Source: Paraglomus brasilianum (lineage: Eukaryota). Taken from it: a stretch of DNA of 64,000 nt. Numbering within the stretch: the first letter of the stretch is position 1; each line of letters opens with the position of its first letter. The stretch lies in NCBI GenBank assembly GCA_910592345.1, contig CAJVPI010000038.1, positions 1-64,000 of the forward strand. The letters are read 5' to 3'. Positions 12,138 to 24,683 of this stretch are shown here, in pieces. The position numbers were made by a program, and so were the translations under genes. Below the pieces are notes generated by a model. That model made no database searches. It was not told where the DNA came from and saw nothing but the letters and a program-made list of their open reading frames with translations.

Positions 12138-13575
12138 TATTAGCGAAAGACAACAAATGTGTGAAGCATAATCTTCAAGTGGTACTCACAAAAAATCTCA
12201 GGCATGATATTATTGCGGGTATACGAAAACTTACATATTCACGCTTCTACAAAAATAAATATAAAGAGAAAAAAAGATACTTAGTTCAATTAACACCTTT
12301 GGATTATATAAATTTGGAATAACTTGTTTATAGAGTGCCACGGATTCCATCCGACCAGCGTTTTCATGTCTACGCGCACTACGAAGCTACCCGTCGGTTT
12401 TTGCACCACGGGAAAAACCTTCTCAACACTTCGGTTGCCGGACTAGCTATTGAGTACGCTGGCACTACCAATCGGCAAAATACTTTCCTTTATTTCGTAC
12501 TGTAGTTATATAAGCAGGATTCATAGGGTCGAATATCTTCTTAAGCAATTTAACTCTTTCGTTAAAGCTTGGTGAGAAAGACGTTTACAAATTTGGCTCA
12601 TTGTGCGATTGTTTGATCCAAAACATGTCCCAATCGTTTATATTTCCCCAAGTGCTCGGATCACGATCCCAATAATCTACTGAACAATGTTGTTTTTTTT
12701 TTTACTGTTCTGTTTGATAAGAATAGGAGTACTCCATAAACTCTTGCATATGACGCGTAATGAAAACCGCGACGGCATATCATATAATTGTTGCGGCTCC
12801 GGATGAAGTTTGATATGATTGGCTAATCAAATATATTTAGTAGTTTTATAAGGCTTACATATGCCGATCATTTTACTTCCAACTGCTACGGCTTTTGAAG
12901 GAAGCTCTTAATAACCATGGAACTACATGTCTTGACACATGCACGACAAATTATATAATAGGGTTTTTTGTCCACTACTAAAAAAAGTAAGAAAACCCCG
13001 TTTATTAAGAACCTTAAATATGCAAATGTCAAGAAAAGCGGAAGGTTGAGCCTACAATTTTATTGTAAGACATCAAATTATGTAGTTTTAATATGAGGTG
13101 CGCATCTTTTATTTGTCAAAGTAGTAGGGTTTTGAATTCATCGTATTTTGCTTTCGAACGAATGATGCCACAAATTGCACGGCTAAAAGGCATAATTATG
13201 TTATACTCGCTATGTTAATTGCTGTTTCCTAATGGAGATCATTAAAACATTGGTGAAATAATAACAGTTTTATTAATATTAATAATTATATGTGTTTGTT
13301 TATTTCGAACAACAAAACGTTGCTATCACAAGTTCTATGTATTTTTGAGGACAATATACAGATTTCGCTGCTTCCTCTCCAAAGTCTTCTAGATAGTCTT
13401 CTGCTGGAAGCATCAGATTTTGCAAAGGCAAGGAATTGGTTCAGAAAATTGTCTTCTTTAGTGCGACAAATAACCCAAAAGAATTTTTTCGTCCGTTTGA
13501 AAGATCTTCCTCTAAAAATTCGGCGTAACATATTTCCCGCCAACTTGGTTCGATTTCAAAGGATCGTCGAGCGCA

Positions 13576-13980
13576 TTGAGAGTAAGGGGATGTGTCTATT
13601 ACTCGCTTGATCAATATGACAATGCATTAGTTGATCTCAATAAAGCATTGGAGGTTGATCCAAATAACGCGTCTACATTGGAAGCAAGGGGAGAAGTCTA
13701 TCGAATGCTTAAACAATATGACAATGCATTAGTCGATCTCAATAAATCGTTGGAGATTGAACCAAATAGTGCATTTGCATTGAGAGCAAGGGGTAATGTC
13801 TATCGAATGCTTAACCAATATGACAATGCATTAGTCGATCTCAATAAATCGTTGGAGATTGATCCAAATAGCGCATTTGCATTGGAAGTCTATCGAATGC
13901 TTCATAAAAATAACAAGTACGTCAATACCGAAAACAAGACAAATGCTTTGGACGATCTCAATAAATCAACAGGAAATTAA
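13576..13980 (+). pseudogene. TPR-repeat protein, probably a degenerate or partial gene
   Basis: Three 34-aa TPR units (ALRARGNVYRMLNQYDNALVDLNKSLEIEPNS). The fourth unit lacks about 12 bp (ALE|VYRML). No in-frame ATG at the start. Confidence 0.65.
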
Positions 13981-14960
13981 ACTGCATTATATATAAGCTA
14001 TAATATATTTATCAATTAGTATCTAGTTTGGAATAAAATAAAAATTTTGACTTATACTGTGTATGCACTTTTTGGATTGTAGTTATCTCAAATTGTGCCA
14101 CGTCTACGAGCTATACGTAAAGACGTCAAACGTTAAGCGAATTAGTCGATATTTTTTAACTGCGCTACCAGATTCTAATTCTACCGAGATTATTACTATT
14201 CATATAAAGCACTTGTTATGTAAACTCTTTCTGACAATGTAGCTTGAATTCCTTGCACATAAAAATAACTTCGCCGCATTGGAATACTTTCAATGAGCGG
14301 TTTGCTGTCCTGATTCGTCTAAAATGAATACTGATAATAATAACGTCATCAGTAACACTTAATACTATGTTTATTTAAGTGATGCAAAAATTTCGTTTTG
14401 ATAGATCAGCGGTTGCGTTTTTGATATACGTGTATCCGCAGTAAAGCCACGTTTTTACTAATACCCAGCATTTTTCGAATAAATCCAGAAGGCAAGTCAT
14501 CTTCAGAAGGATAGTCAGCCAAACCACTTCATGTAGTAAGATGTATTATTATATCTGTTAGAACAAATATAAGCATAAGCTATTTATTAAATTATTTGTT
14601 TGTTGACTTATATATATTTGCTTTCTTTATTATTATGTATAATTAAGGATCTATTAGCTAGTAACAAACAAACACCGTTAACGGTCACCGTAGGTGCAGC
14701 CAATAAAGACCACAAATAACTTGTTTGAATAAAATATCTTTCTGCCTAATTTGCTTGATAAATATGTAAATAAAGCATAATACACAATTTCATATACAGT
14801 TGTGACGATGTAGAATTTGATTTTGTCGTGACGCGTAATACGAATTAGTGATTATGTAATATACGTACAACGTAGTTTTCGTTCACGTCTTTCCTCTGAA
14901 GACTTTTATTCGATTAAAGATAATTCGTTTTAAATTTTGACTTCACTTCGCTTGTTAAGA

Positions 14961-15194
14961 ATGTCTTACGAAAATCAAATTATTTATAACAGTGACAATA
15001 CTGTTTCGGTTCCTTTTGGCCAAGCAACCGAATGATATATTGTAAACCATCCTCTCTTGAGAAATGCACGATTGAAGTCCCAAGGTCGTTTACACGTTAA
15101 TGCATCAATCCGTGAGGGATTTATTAAGTTACGTCGCGTTGAGGGAGCCACAGATTATATTGAATGGGAAACCCCAGGTATAATATTCGTATAG
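14961..15194 (+). pseudogene. Small ORF of unknown family interrupted by one in-frame TGA
   Basis: MSYENQIIYNSDNTVSVPFGQATE*YIVNHPLLRNARLKSQGRLHVNASIREGFIKLRRVEGATDYIEWETPG. TGA at 15033; possible splice donor at 15178. Confidence 0.4.
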
Positions 15195-15779
15195 GTGTAG
15201 AAAAAGATAAATTATGTTGGTATTGGGTAATGTATTGTTATTAAGGTTAAATTTCAAATGACACAATGCAAGACGTTAGGGAATATGGTCTTGGTATGGT
15301 TTGCAAAAAAGGCCATGTTCAGTGTTCATAGGGATAAGAGACTTGGGATATCAAAAACGAACTATGGTTATACGTCTGACACCATGGATCAATTGATAAT
15401 TAGCAACGGATAAACCTAAATTTGGTGTACTTGCCGATCTATGTACGTATCAAAAACGAAACCTTTGCTCAAATAATTCATCTATCGTTGCTTCAGCATT
15501 GTATGTTATTTTAATTTGCGGAATTTATGATTTGTCTTTAGACAAACTCGAACGCTTCTTGCTTCATTACACTCACAACTAATGTACCGTTCACACATGT
15601 CTAGCAACTTGTTGCTGCAGAATGAACGAATAAAGACACGACAACATTCTGATATTAATAGTGCAAATCACATGAAAAATCACGGGCGTGCGCTTGCATT
15701 TATATTTATGGTTGTTACACCGGAAATACTATAAAAAGGCAGGATATCAAATTATTATCCAATACGTCATCTACTCTAC

Positions 15780-16596
15780 ATGAACATATTCAAAGCCGCT
15801 ACACGTCTCGTAAGTCGTACAGTAAAGTTCCATCCTATCTTTCGTACGATTTCCTTTATTTATGATTATTGTCTTTTTATAGAGTCGTCCATCATCGCTC
15901 TTTACACATTCTTTGTCGATAAAACCCTTTCGACAGAATACACTGGTATTCGTGAGACTACTTTCAGATTCACTAAGGGAGAACATTGACAGTATTGTAA
16001 AAAGTAAAGATGTGACTTTGTTCATGAAAGGAACTCCTGAAGAACCACAGGTTTGTCTCCGAAGCAATTAGGAAGTGTTTCTAGATCAATTTGTTCACTA
16101 ACTTGGAACAATTTGTTTAGTGCGGGTTCAGTCGAGCAGTAGTTCAAATATTTCGTATTCAAGGTATGAACAGGACTGGAAGGACTTGCTTGATCCATTG
16201 TTTGGTTGCAGTAAGAATTGGTTTATATAATTTCCTTCCTTTTTCCTTTACAAAGGGCTTGACTTTAGTAAGCTCAGGACGGTTGATATATTACAAGATC
16301 AAAATCTTCGAGATGGCCTAAAAGAATATTCGTGAGTTTGTGGTTGAAAATCTTTGGAAAATTTTTTTCTTATCATTTCATTCTTATCTCCACTCTCTTT
16401 CCGCTATCATTTTAGATCATGGCTAACATTTCCCCAAGTTTACGTTAAAGGAGAATTTGTTGGTGGGTGTGATATAATGCTGAACATGCACCAGTCTGGG
16501 GAATTGGAAGAGCTGTTGGTGAAGGAGAAATTGGTCGCAAATCAACCAGAAGCAACAGTCGGGGAGACTAAAACTGAGCACCAAAAGGCTGGATAA
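15780..16596 (+). CDS. GRX5: Mitochondrial monothiol glutaredoxin (CGFS type), 5 exons
   Basis: Spliced product: Arg/Ser-rich presequence, [23 protein letters not shown]...[28 protein letters not shown]. Confidence 0.93.
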
Positions 16597-16943
16597 CAAG
16601 TCTTTTTTACTGTCAGTGATCGCAAAAGAGAGTGCGAATAAGCACTTTCAAAAAGTGAATGTGAATGTCTATATAAATGTGAACTTTCTTCTATTGATCT
16701 ACTAATTTAATCAAGTCGATAACAGGTGACTTGAACATTTTATGCTCTAGATACAGTATTACAAACTTTCTAGTCAACTAGAAGATGAAAATATATGCAA
16801 GAGGAAAGGAATTAATTATTTTTTCTAAATTATCGATTATTTTGTGTAGTATTACATATTAAGAAAAATTATACAAGTGGGAACCAATGCCAAGTCCCGT
16901 GAGCCTTCTTGCTTTGACGAATCAAAGTCCGCTCAGCCCTCTA

Positions 16944-19644
16944 TCACTGTTGCAAGGAGAAAATTGTAACCCTTCGCGAATTATAAACTTGTCCATTTCC
17001 ATGATCAATTGCATAATTCAGCGGGACGATGGTGCTATGTTTACGTGGTGGTTGCGTATAAACTTTGGAGATCTTGACCTCTGACACGTCGACTTGGATC
17101 TTATTATTAATGACATTATCATACCGAGGGCAAGTACTCGCAGTCGTAATAGATATATCACTTTTACTGTCTTTAGCATCTGTACCATGTAAGATCGTGA
17201 AAAGGATATTGAAGAGCAAACCAAGACAAGCCATAATGGTGCCGCCTACGAATACCGAATGGAAGGCATGGGCAAAATTGTCAAGCATGATTTCGACGTA
17301 TTTTGCAGGAAGGTTGCCAGTATCGTAGGTTATTAGGATTTGAGGCGACAACGCCAATATTTCCTCCTGTAGATTAAAACAGTGAGACGGGGTGTCAGAA
17401 TAATGTTGGTATTATAAGCATTAAACTTAAATGTTGATAATCATCTTACAGCAGTTTTCGAATCAAGCTGGCGGAAATTGGCGTTTATTCTTGTTTGCAG
17501 AATGGCTGCAAAGGTTGTGATTCCAATAGCCACACCCGTTGTAGTTACGAACTGACACTAAAGCATGCAGGGTAATAACACATTGGTTAGTCCCGTACGC
17601 CAATAACAAGAGCGTTGAGTATCACAATGAAAGACATTACTCACCCAAGTGTTAGGAATCTTATAGTGCTTCTTGGCCACTTTTTGAGTAACGAGGAAGT
17701 TTGTATGTAGGATACATCCCATACCTATCGAAATTAGATTTATCAATCCGATGGTCTTCCAACCTTCACAACTCATTCACCAAACCATTAATCTCTTTTT
17801 TCACTTACCCAAACCTATTATTAACAAACACATGTACACTTCAAAGCCAAGTGTATATTGGTCCCATGCGGTTAAAATCCCGAATCCGATAACGTTAAAG
17901 ATCCCGCCAATCACAAGAAACTGCCCATACATGTTCAATCGTTTTACTAACGCCGCTGAAGCGACGCTCGTAATGACAAAACCTATTAGCAGTACAAATG
18001 CGTTCAATCCAATAACTGACGCAGGGGCGTGTTGTATGATTAGGCAACAAAGCGGAATATATGCCACTAGCGCAAAAGCTATTCCGGTGAACAAAGCGCA
18101 TGCAGACGCGACAAGTATTTCTTTATCCCAGAATTCCCAAGGAATCAATGGATTGGTTGCTTTCTTCTCCATATAGATAAAGATTATTAGGAATATTGCT
18201 GACGAGATGAACAGTACGGCAACATCCCCACTATACTCTTGTGTTTGATTATTTTCAGCAATAAATGCAAGTGCTAAAAGAAAACATATCACAGAGGATA
18301 ATTGGGCAATCATCTCCAGATAGTTAACAGATGTGAGGTCATCAAGGAAGGGTTTGGGCTCATATGGGGGGTGCATGAGCAACACCAAAGCACTTAGGAG
18401 AAAGATGCCCATAGCGACGTTCGCGTAAAATGCCCAGTGCCAAGAATCATTTATGAAAAGTATTCCCAATATTGGACCTATTAATGTTGTCTGATCAGTT
18501 TTGTTGGGATTAGTGATGGTTATGAGTAGTAAACAGTTGCATTTCTAGTTCTGTCTTACCGATCCATATACGATTGTGATGATCGCGCTGTACTTTATTC
18601 CCTTTTTAATGTCGAACACTATGATCCTAGTTATGCACAACATACCACCTCCGCCGAGACCTTGTATTATTCTAAACGCAATAAGCATAGACATGTTTGT
18701 TGCTGCGCCAGCGCCAAGCGAGCCAAACAAGAAGGTGGCCATTGCAAATAACATGATGGTCTTTCGAGCTGAATATAATCATGGTTAATAATTTGTAAAT
18801 ACCGTACGGTACAATTTTTAAGCGGTTTAACTTACCAAATATGTCGGAAAACTTTCCACAAATAGGTTGAAATGCGCCTATCGCGAAAGTATGTGTTAAC
18901 ATGCGAAATACCTTATATTAAATATGTCGATTACATAATATACAAATAATATACTCACAAAACGTAAGAAGGTAAGCAGTTACAGGCTACATTGGTTTTA
19001 GTTGAGGTAAAAATTAATATCTCAAGATATTACATGTACATGTGATGATCAACTAACTAACTAGTACTTACCCATCGGTATGACTCTAAATTATTGAACG
19101 ACGATGCAATTTCACTCGATACTGGCAGGCCGGCAGTTACTTCAATCGATGCCAAGAATACAGTAAGACTCATCCTAAGCGGAAAAGTAAGTTCATGAGT
19201 CCTTTAATTACCACCAAACTCTCATACACTACATTCTCTACTCCACTCCCTTACCCGTTTACCCTATACTCACACAATAAGCAAAGCAATTTTCTCGTTT
19301 TTCGATAAATCCCGATTGAATTTTTCAATCGTTTGTCCATTAACGTTATCTGCCGATGTAGAGTTTCTCAAACTATGCTTAGAGTCTGTCTTTGCGCTAT
19401 CTTGGGAATCACGATTATTGTTGAGTAATGTTGGATAGGGTGCTATTAAACTGGTCCAACTTTTGCCTTTATCGTCATAACTATGATTGTCTATGGAAAT
19501 ACGAAAGCTCGAGCTAATATTGGAGTCTCCCTTTGAACTATGCTGGGAATGGCGGTTGTCACTAGCTGTGCTTTGAACCGGGGTTGGGTTTGAATCGACC
19601 CAACTGCCTCTGTTTTTGTCTTTGCGATTTTCCTCTGCTGACAT
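16944..19644 (-). CDS. MFS drug:H+ antiporter (DHA2-like), multi-exon
   Basis: AFQPICGKFSDIFG, GSLGAGAATNMSMLIAFRIIQGLGGGG, SWHWAFYAN and YMEKKATNPLIP motifs; many hydrophobic segments; Ser-rich N-terminal tail. Confidence 0.88.
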
Positions 19645-20888
19645 GAGAGCGTTTATTGTTGTTGTCAAGTATGCTCGGAATTATTGTAATACAGTTTTTG
19701 ATGTATGTATCTCAGTATCTTTTGCTAAGCAATAATTAAAATGAGAAATAGGAAATTATTGTTGCTCTACTCCAATATTTTTGTGCTTTCGTCTCAGTTT
19801 TCAAGAACAAGTCTAAAAGAATGGAAGCAGGGAATTGTTTTTAAGTTGGGTTTGACAACGGCCTTCTCAATTACATGATTTTATCTTTTTATTTAAATAA
19901 TCGTCGAAACTAAACTGCGTGAACCGATTGCGCATTTTTAGTAATCCGAATTTTCTTGATCGCGATTACCGTGCTTTATTTAGCACGGGGTCTCTTTAAC
20001 CGCTTGTTTTGCTTAGCAAAATGTCCCATATGATGACAATTGCATCTCACCAGAGTTAGCGCGTCATTAAGTTGGTGTTAGTCGCATTGATACAAAACTT
20101 GTTATATTACTGAGTATTATTTTGATTAACGACATGTAGTACAACAGTTCACATAGTGATCAGCAAAACACGAATCGATAATATTTCCCATTTAATCTTT
20201 TATAATGTCCTTCACGTGGATGCTTTAGAAAACACATTGATCTGGTGCATTGTTCATAATTAAATCTAATTTTCATGTACTTGATTTTTCTACTAAATGT
20301 ATTGACAACTTTTTAATACATACGACGGAAATGATTAATAAAAAAAACTAATTAACTAAATTCTCGATGGTTACTACGTAAGCATTTGATTCAAACGTAC
20401 ATGGCAAATACTATTACTTTGCTCCACTAAATTAAACACTTTGCGTTTTCCAATAACAATAAGATGTTATACAAGGGACAGAGACGGACTTACTTTTACT
20501 ACAACTTGTTGTTTCCTGATTTATATTATCCGTTATTGGATTTTTAATGTGAGTTGCACAACACCAAATATGTAATTTGTAGCGTTATGATTGAAAAAAC
20601 AATTGGCCTGAAATGGTTACAAATTCATTAACGTCTGCGATCGATTGTACACAACCCGTATGCTTGCTTAGAGCAGAGGGCACAAATTACCATGCGCTCA
20701 ACATTTGGTAAAAGTGAAATAGTGAAACTCAAGCAAGGCATTCGTTAAATAATGGATTATAGCTAAAATAAACGTATTACTTGTTACGGTTGTTGTCTCA
20801 ATAACAATTCGATTTGACAATAAATTAACGTTATTATTATTATTATGTATTATGGTCAGATTTAAAAAGTGTCAACTACAGTAGTATA

Positions 20889-21031
20889 CAGCAAGTTCGG
20901 TTTAACGAAGATGTCTTATACAAAGTTTTTTGAACCGTTTCATTAGAAATAAAGTCCGGTTTAACGAATAGTCCGAATTAACAAAGTCAGGCGATGGATC
21001 GGGTCACTTTGTTAAAACGGACTTTACTATG
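20889..21031. mobile_element. Short degenerate pogo-like MITE
   Basis: TA|cagcaagttcggtttaacgaag ... ctttgttaaaacggactttactatg|TA imperfect TIRs, with internal (t/c)cggtttaacgaa repeats. Confidence 0.55.
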
Positions 21032-21805
21032 TATAAATAGTACGACTATTGTAATTACTGCCAATAGAAGGAAGACATAAAGTTGCATGCATGGATGGAT
21101 GAATGTTTGGTAGCAAACAAACAAGTCTACTGATAGTATTGAAGCCCTTGTTATCGTTCAAGTTCACAACACCTGCAATAATCGGTTTTGCTTAATTTGG
21201 GTATTCCTATTTCTGAATTCTTCCACTTTCGTAAACTTATGCAGTTAGTTTTTCTCTCCTGTATCAGAAATGACATAAAATTCCTGTTACCAATCGAATG
21301 ATCGATCAGCAAATCCGCACGTGGTTGGTAGCCGTTACTTAGTTGGTTAATGATTAATGATGGAAAAACTTAAACTTTATTTATAAACTAATTCCGTGAA
21401 AGTTCCAAATATAGAATGGACTTGTGGCATCGGCAATTATATGACCGATGCATTTGACAAACACTACTCTCGCGTAATGCAAATGGGATTAAGGCATATC
21501 TTTTGGAATTCTCGGGACAATGCTCGGGTTATAATGATTTCTAGGGTCAAATTACGAGATAAACATTAAATTTCGATTATCCAATAAATTTTATTGTTAC
21601 TTTAATAATTAGACATCGAACTATTTAATCGATAATAACATACTCACTAACATTAAACTTCTATCTAACTCGCTAATTTATTTTTTTTTTGTTTTTTATC
21701 TTTTTTTTTGGCAAGTGTCTTTTTTCCAAACAATAAACAGTCTGTTTTAATGAGATGTGTTTAATAATATTGTTTTTATAATTAAGGGTTCGTTTGTCAT
21801 GCTCA

Positions 21806-22885
21806 TTAATTAGGTCTGTTCCCACTATTTTGAATATTTCCAACACCATTGCCGTTGTTGCCGTTGCCAGTGATCACTCCGTTTGTGGTGAAAGTATCAG
21901 CACCAGCGTTGCCAAGCCTGTTCCCACTACCTTGAATATTTCCAACACCGTTACCATTGTTGCCGCTACCAGTGATGCTTCCGTTTGTGGTGAAGGTGTC
22001 ACGCTTGTTAGGAGGTACGTTACCGCTATTTTGAATACTTCCAACATTGTTGCCGTTGTTGCCGTTACCAGTTATCCTTCCGTTTGTGGTGAAAGTATCG
22101 GCACCAGCGTTTCCAAGCCTGTTACCACTATTTTGAATATTTCCAACACCGTTACCATTGTTGCCGTTACCAGTGATGCTTCCGTTTGTGGTGAAGGTGT
22201 TACGCTTGTTAGGTCTGTTACCACTATTTTGAATATTTCCAACATCGTTGCCGTTGTTGCCGCTACCAGTTATCCTTCCGTTTGTGGTGAAGGTATCGCG
22301 CTTGTTAGGTCTGTTACCACTATTTTGAATATTTCCAACGCCGTTTCCGTTGTTGCCGTTGCCAGTGATCATTCCGTTTGTGGTGAAAGTATCGGCACCA
22401 ACGTTGCTACCTCTGTTTCCACTACCTTGAATATTTCCAACACCGTTACCATTGTTGCCGTTACCAGTGATGCTTCCGCCTGTGGTGAAGGTGTCACGCT
22501 TGTTAGGTCTGTTACCACTATTTTGAATATTTCCAACGCCGTTGCCGTTGTTGCCGTTGCCAGTGATCATTCCGTTTGTGGTGAAAGTATCGGCACCAGC
22601 GTTGCCAACCCTGTTCCCACTATCTTGAATATTTCCAACACCGTTACCATTGTTGCCGCTACCAGTAATGCTTCCGCCTGTGGTGAAGGTGTTACGCTTG
22701 TTAGGTCTGTTACCACTATTTTGAATATTTCCAACACCGTTGCCGTTGTTGCCGCTACCAGTTATCCTTCCGTTTGTGGTGAAGGTATCGCGTCTTTGAA
22801 GCGCTGTGGCATCGTTGACTACAGGTCTGGCAATGGTTGTTGCAGCTAGGATGGCTACGAGAGTGGAAATGCAGATAAGCTTCAT
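21806..22885 (-). CDS. Secreted Kex2-processed repeat protein (KEP-like precursor) with 10 N/G-rich repeats, 359 aa
   Basis: Signal peptide MKLICISTLVAILAATTIA, pro-region ending in RR, 10 repeats of consensus DTFTTNGxITG(S/N)GNNGNGVGNIQNSGNR, five internal KR sites, single exon. Confidence 0.9.
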   Translation of the reverse strand: MKLICISTLVAILAATTIARPVVNDATALQRRDTFTTNGRITGSGNNGNGVGNIQNSGNRPNKRNTFTTGGSITGSGNNGNGVGNIQDSGNRVGNAGADTFTTNGMITGNGNNGNGVGNIQNSGNRPNKRDTFTTGGSITGNGNNGNGVGNIQGSGNRGSNVGADTFTTNGMITGNGNNGNGVGNIQNSGNRPNKRDTFTTNGRITGSGNNGNDVGNIQNSGNRPNKRNTFTTNGSITGNGNNGNGVGNIQNSGNRLGNAGADTFTTNGRITGNGNNGNNVGSIQNSGNVPPNKRDTFTTNGSITGSGNNGNGVGNIQGSGNRLGNAGADTFTTNGVITGNGNNGNGVGNIQNSGNRPN

Positions 22886-23009
22886 GATGGATATGAGTGA
22901 ATGGGATTAGGAGAATTGGGGTAATTAGGCTTTTAACTTGAATGTATAGGTAATGTTTTAATTATCTTTCGATTTCCTGATGTTGTCCATCTCCAATTTC
23001 TCTGCCTGC

Positions 23010-23016
23010 TTATATA
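23010..23016 (-). promoter_or_regulatory. Candidate TATA box of the repeat-precursor gene
   Basis: TATATAA on the minus strand about 125 bp upstream of the ATG at 22885. Confidence 0.5.
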
Positions 23017-24683
23017 CACCTTTGGGAAAGATAAAAATAAAACCACTCGCCACAGAACCGCAAGCGACTGGCATATTGTTTTAGTAATTGATTATAATAC
23101 GGTTTAATGCACATAGCCCCCAATCTAGAGGGACGTGTGCTTATTTTGGTATATGGCTGTTTGTTCTGACTTGCTTAACTGAGGAAAGCGTTGGACATAT
23201 TTTTAGAAGTGACATGAAGTTTACCATATTTGTTTAAATAACCTTTGCAGAGCACAAACGGTTAGATTCGGTCTAATTATAGTCCAACATTTTCAGATAA
23301 GGCTGTGAGAAATAAAGGTAAAAGCACCCAATAAGCTCCATTCGTTCCTATTACAAGTTGATGGCAAAGTACATTATTATTGGGGGAACTTTAAATATTA
23401 CGTACATCTGATTTAAATTGCCATAGCGTCATCGTAGCATATTTTTGGTCATTAGTCATCAAGTCAAAAAACCCCGTTTCTTCCCGCACAACGCCAGATA
23501 CGCGCTATATTATACCGTTTCACAAATCGCATATGATTGCCTTCTTTGGTGAGTCAAAATAAATACATAGCGGCCAACAATATAAAAAGTAGTGTGTAAG
23601 GCTGAAATTCGAAGAGAATTCTCATTGGTTGAATTTGACGGGATTTCATGGCAAATTCGATGCTTGCCCAGAATATACTATCGAAATATTACAAACTCGC
23701 GTTAACGCTTGAACTAAAAATAAGCTCAAGATGGATTTGATACGTTATTTCTTGAGAATTGTCAAATAGTACATAGTAGGAAACTAATATGCCCCAAATT
23801 ATCATATGATACGAACCCGCTTTACATATTTTTAATTACAGCTCTAGATCATTCGAACTTTATTTAGCTAACTGACTGTTCCACGTTTTCTTTTTTCTAT
23901 ACATTTGTCAGGTTTTGGTTATGCTCCAACTTTTCTATCTAATCCGTCATATAAAATTTCAATTGCTTAAGATCAAGAAACATTGATAGAACTGTTCTAT
24001 TTCCGTGCTATAGTTGAGTTATTTGAATGGTCTAGAACGCTTGCCATCCCTGAAAATAACCGTTTGCATCCAAATTTCTTTTTTTGTAATCTTCAATATG
24101 CTACCTCATAGCTACTTTAAAAACCCGCACCATAATCCTCTCTGAACTTCACACGATAAGGCGTAAACGTGATATATCGAACTAACTGCGCCGCATCACA
24201 CATGTGAGAATAAATGTCAATAACTAATAATAGACAACAATATGCGTCACACAAAAGATGGATCGCATCTTATCAGTCACTAATCAATTCCATTAAACAC
24301 ATTGTGATTGTTACAGTATTCTACTACTTTCATCATACTGTTTGATTTGAATTGTTGATTTTGAAACCTATACTTGACTGTCTTCAATTTATTAACAAAC
24401 GTACGAGTTACTTACTACTAGTAATCAACAAACGTACGTGCATACATTAAATCGAACAATCTAAAGTTCAACTTCTCTATGCAATACTTTCCGGTTGTTG
24501 AACAGAGTTTTCCTGCGGTAATATCTTAGAAATCAAGCCTTTGAGGATTGCAGAACGTAAACTTACCGAAACTCTGATCGATTCATCCTACGTTCATTGA
24601 TTAATAACTTGAACGATTAGAGTTTACGTTTATTCTTCGTGATTGCACATAACTAATATGATGTTATATTTGTGTTACTGTTC

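Noticed and set aside
12750..14840. tgacgcgtaat (MCB-like ACGCGT) seen near 12752 and 14829
   Set aside because: Two short matches upstream of degenerate ORFs are insufficient evidence of regulation.
21794..22849. 351-aa antisense ORF spanning the repeat gene
   Set aside because: It starts at TTG and is the mirror frame of Asn/Gly/Thr codons. The repeats lack TTA/CTA/TCA codons, so the antisense frame stays open as a by-product.
21806..22885. Interpretation as an alpha-factor pheromone partner of the CaaX peptide, or as a dikaritin RiPP cluster
   Set aside because: The peptides are much longer than alpha-factors, lack Ste13 X-A/X-P dipeptides and aromatic cores, and no tailoring enzymes are adjacent. 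The 17-kb proximity alone is not evidence.
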